Shown here piece by piece: positions 63,434-64,000 of a stretch of 64,000 bases of DNA. A model generated the notes under the pieces. That model did not search any database, was not told the origin of the DNA, and saw only the letters and a program-made list of their open reading frames with translations. A program made the position numbers and the translations under genes. Source of the DNA: a virus; IMG/VR virus record IMGVR_UViG_3300042556_001828, positions 9,373 to 73,372 of that record; one strand, written 5' to 3'. Each line of letters starts with the position of its first letter. The stretch's first letter is position 1.

Positions 63434-63974
63434 CTGTGGCTTGGTTTTCTTCTTCAGCTTGTTTGCGTGTCTTTTCGGCTTTCTCGGCCAGTGAGATAGC
63501 CCGCTTGATGATGATCTTACCGGCTAGATCCACAAAGGGAAGCCCTCTTTTCGTGGCTTCTTCGCGCAGCCAGCCAACGATGGTGTCTGTATTAGCCCGG
63601 CACCATTCCACGCCTTTTTCATCCATAATTGCCGCGCGTGAATTACAACTGCAGGTTGGCGTTGCTGTGATGCCAATTTTAGCCAGCATCTTTTTGAGTT
63701 CTGTGCCGGGGCCGTAGCCGCGCGGGACAGAAGTTGCTGGCGGCGGCGAGAAAAATTTGTCCCGCGCACTATCATTCTGCTCTTTGATTTTTTGCGCTGT
63801 TGCTTCAATTTCTGCCGCCGTTCGCCGGGCGGCTGGGTACGCCATGTGCTCCGTATCAACGTGTACATAATCGCCGTCAATGTAGACAACGCACGGCATC
63901 ACATTGTGAATGTCGTAACCGCGCTCTTCACAGCGCTCGACAAGGTGGGAAAACAAACAACGTACAATACTCAT
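63426..63974 (-). CDS. Hypothetical phage protein
   Basis: 182 aa; GPGTELKKML...CSCNSRA...GVEWC...IVGWLREEA..RGLPF. Confidence 0.75.
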   Translation of the reverse strand: MSIVRCLFSHLVERCEERGYDIHNVMPCVVYIDGDYVHVDTEHMAYPAARRTAAEIEATAQKIKEQNDSARDKFFSPPPATSVPRGYGPGTELKKMLAKIGITATPTCSCNSRAAIMDEKGVEWCRANTDTIVGWLREEATKRGLPFVDLAGKIIIKRAISLAEKAEKTRKQAEEENQATDG

Positions 63975-64000
63975 GGTAGTGGATTTGCCGTAAATGGCTG

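Noticed and set aside
520-63717. Numerous long plus-strand ORFs (e.g. 5176-6162, 14954-15985, 18811-20013)
   Set aside because: Antisense shadows of GC-rich minus-strand genes with recognisable motifs; no RBS or family signatures.
1-64000. Stop-codon reassignment
   Set aside because: TAA, TAG and TGA all end well-formed genes, coding density is high with the standard code, and no suppressor tRNA was found.
1-64000. Diversity-generating retroelement or retron linked to the ncRNAs
   Set aside because: No reverse transcriptase (YxDD) and no template/variable repeat pair seen in the window.

Overview
This window is part of a large, GC-rich tailed-phage (jumbo-like) genome. Essentially all real genes are on the minus strand. 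Read along the coordinates it has five blocks. (1) 1-16.7 kb, virion morphogenesis: probable tail sheath, neck/adaptor proteins, HK97-fold major capsid protein, decoration protein, scaffold-like protein, prohead protease and many K-x-A-rich internal-head-like proteins. (2) 16.8-25 kb, a phage multisubunit RNA polymerase: a beta/beta'-N fusion carrying a LAGLIDADG intein, plus a separate beta'-C gene. Both beta' zinc sites appear lost. (3) 25-35 kb, membrane and protease genes: papain-like peptidase, matrixin with a cysteine switch, holin-like proteins. (4) 35-52 kb, accessory genes: actin-like ATPase, ferritin-like, PhoH, AlkB, HNH, SNF2 helicase, trypsin. (5) 52-64 kb, an RNA-rich region with tmRNA, four of the five tRNAs, candidate structured ncRNAs, a glycosyltransferase and thymidine kinase. 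The standout is 55.2-56.8 kb: a stand-alone Cas7/RAMP-like gene and a partner gene, followed by a non-coding array of GGY-NN pentamers cut into five 44-59 nt units by GGCAGGC. This is a candidate minimal RNA-guided system with a gapped dinucleotide code, resembling what I recall as VIPR systems. The host is inferred, not shown, to be a planctomycete. All family calls come from motif recognition by eye, without database searches.
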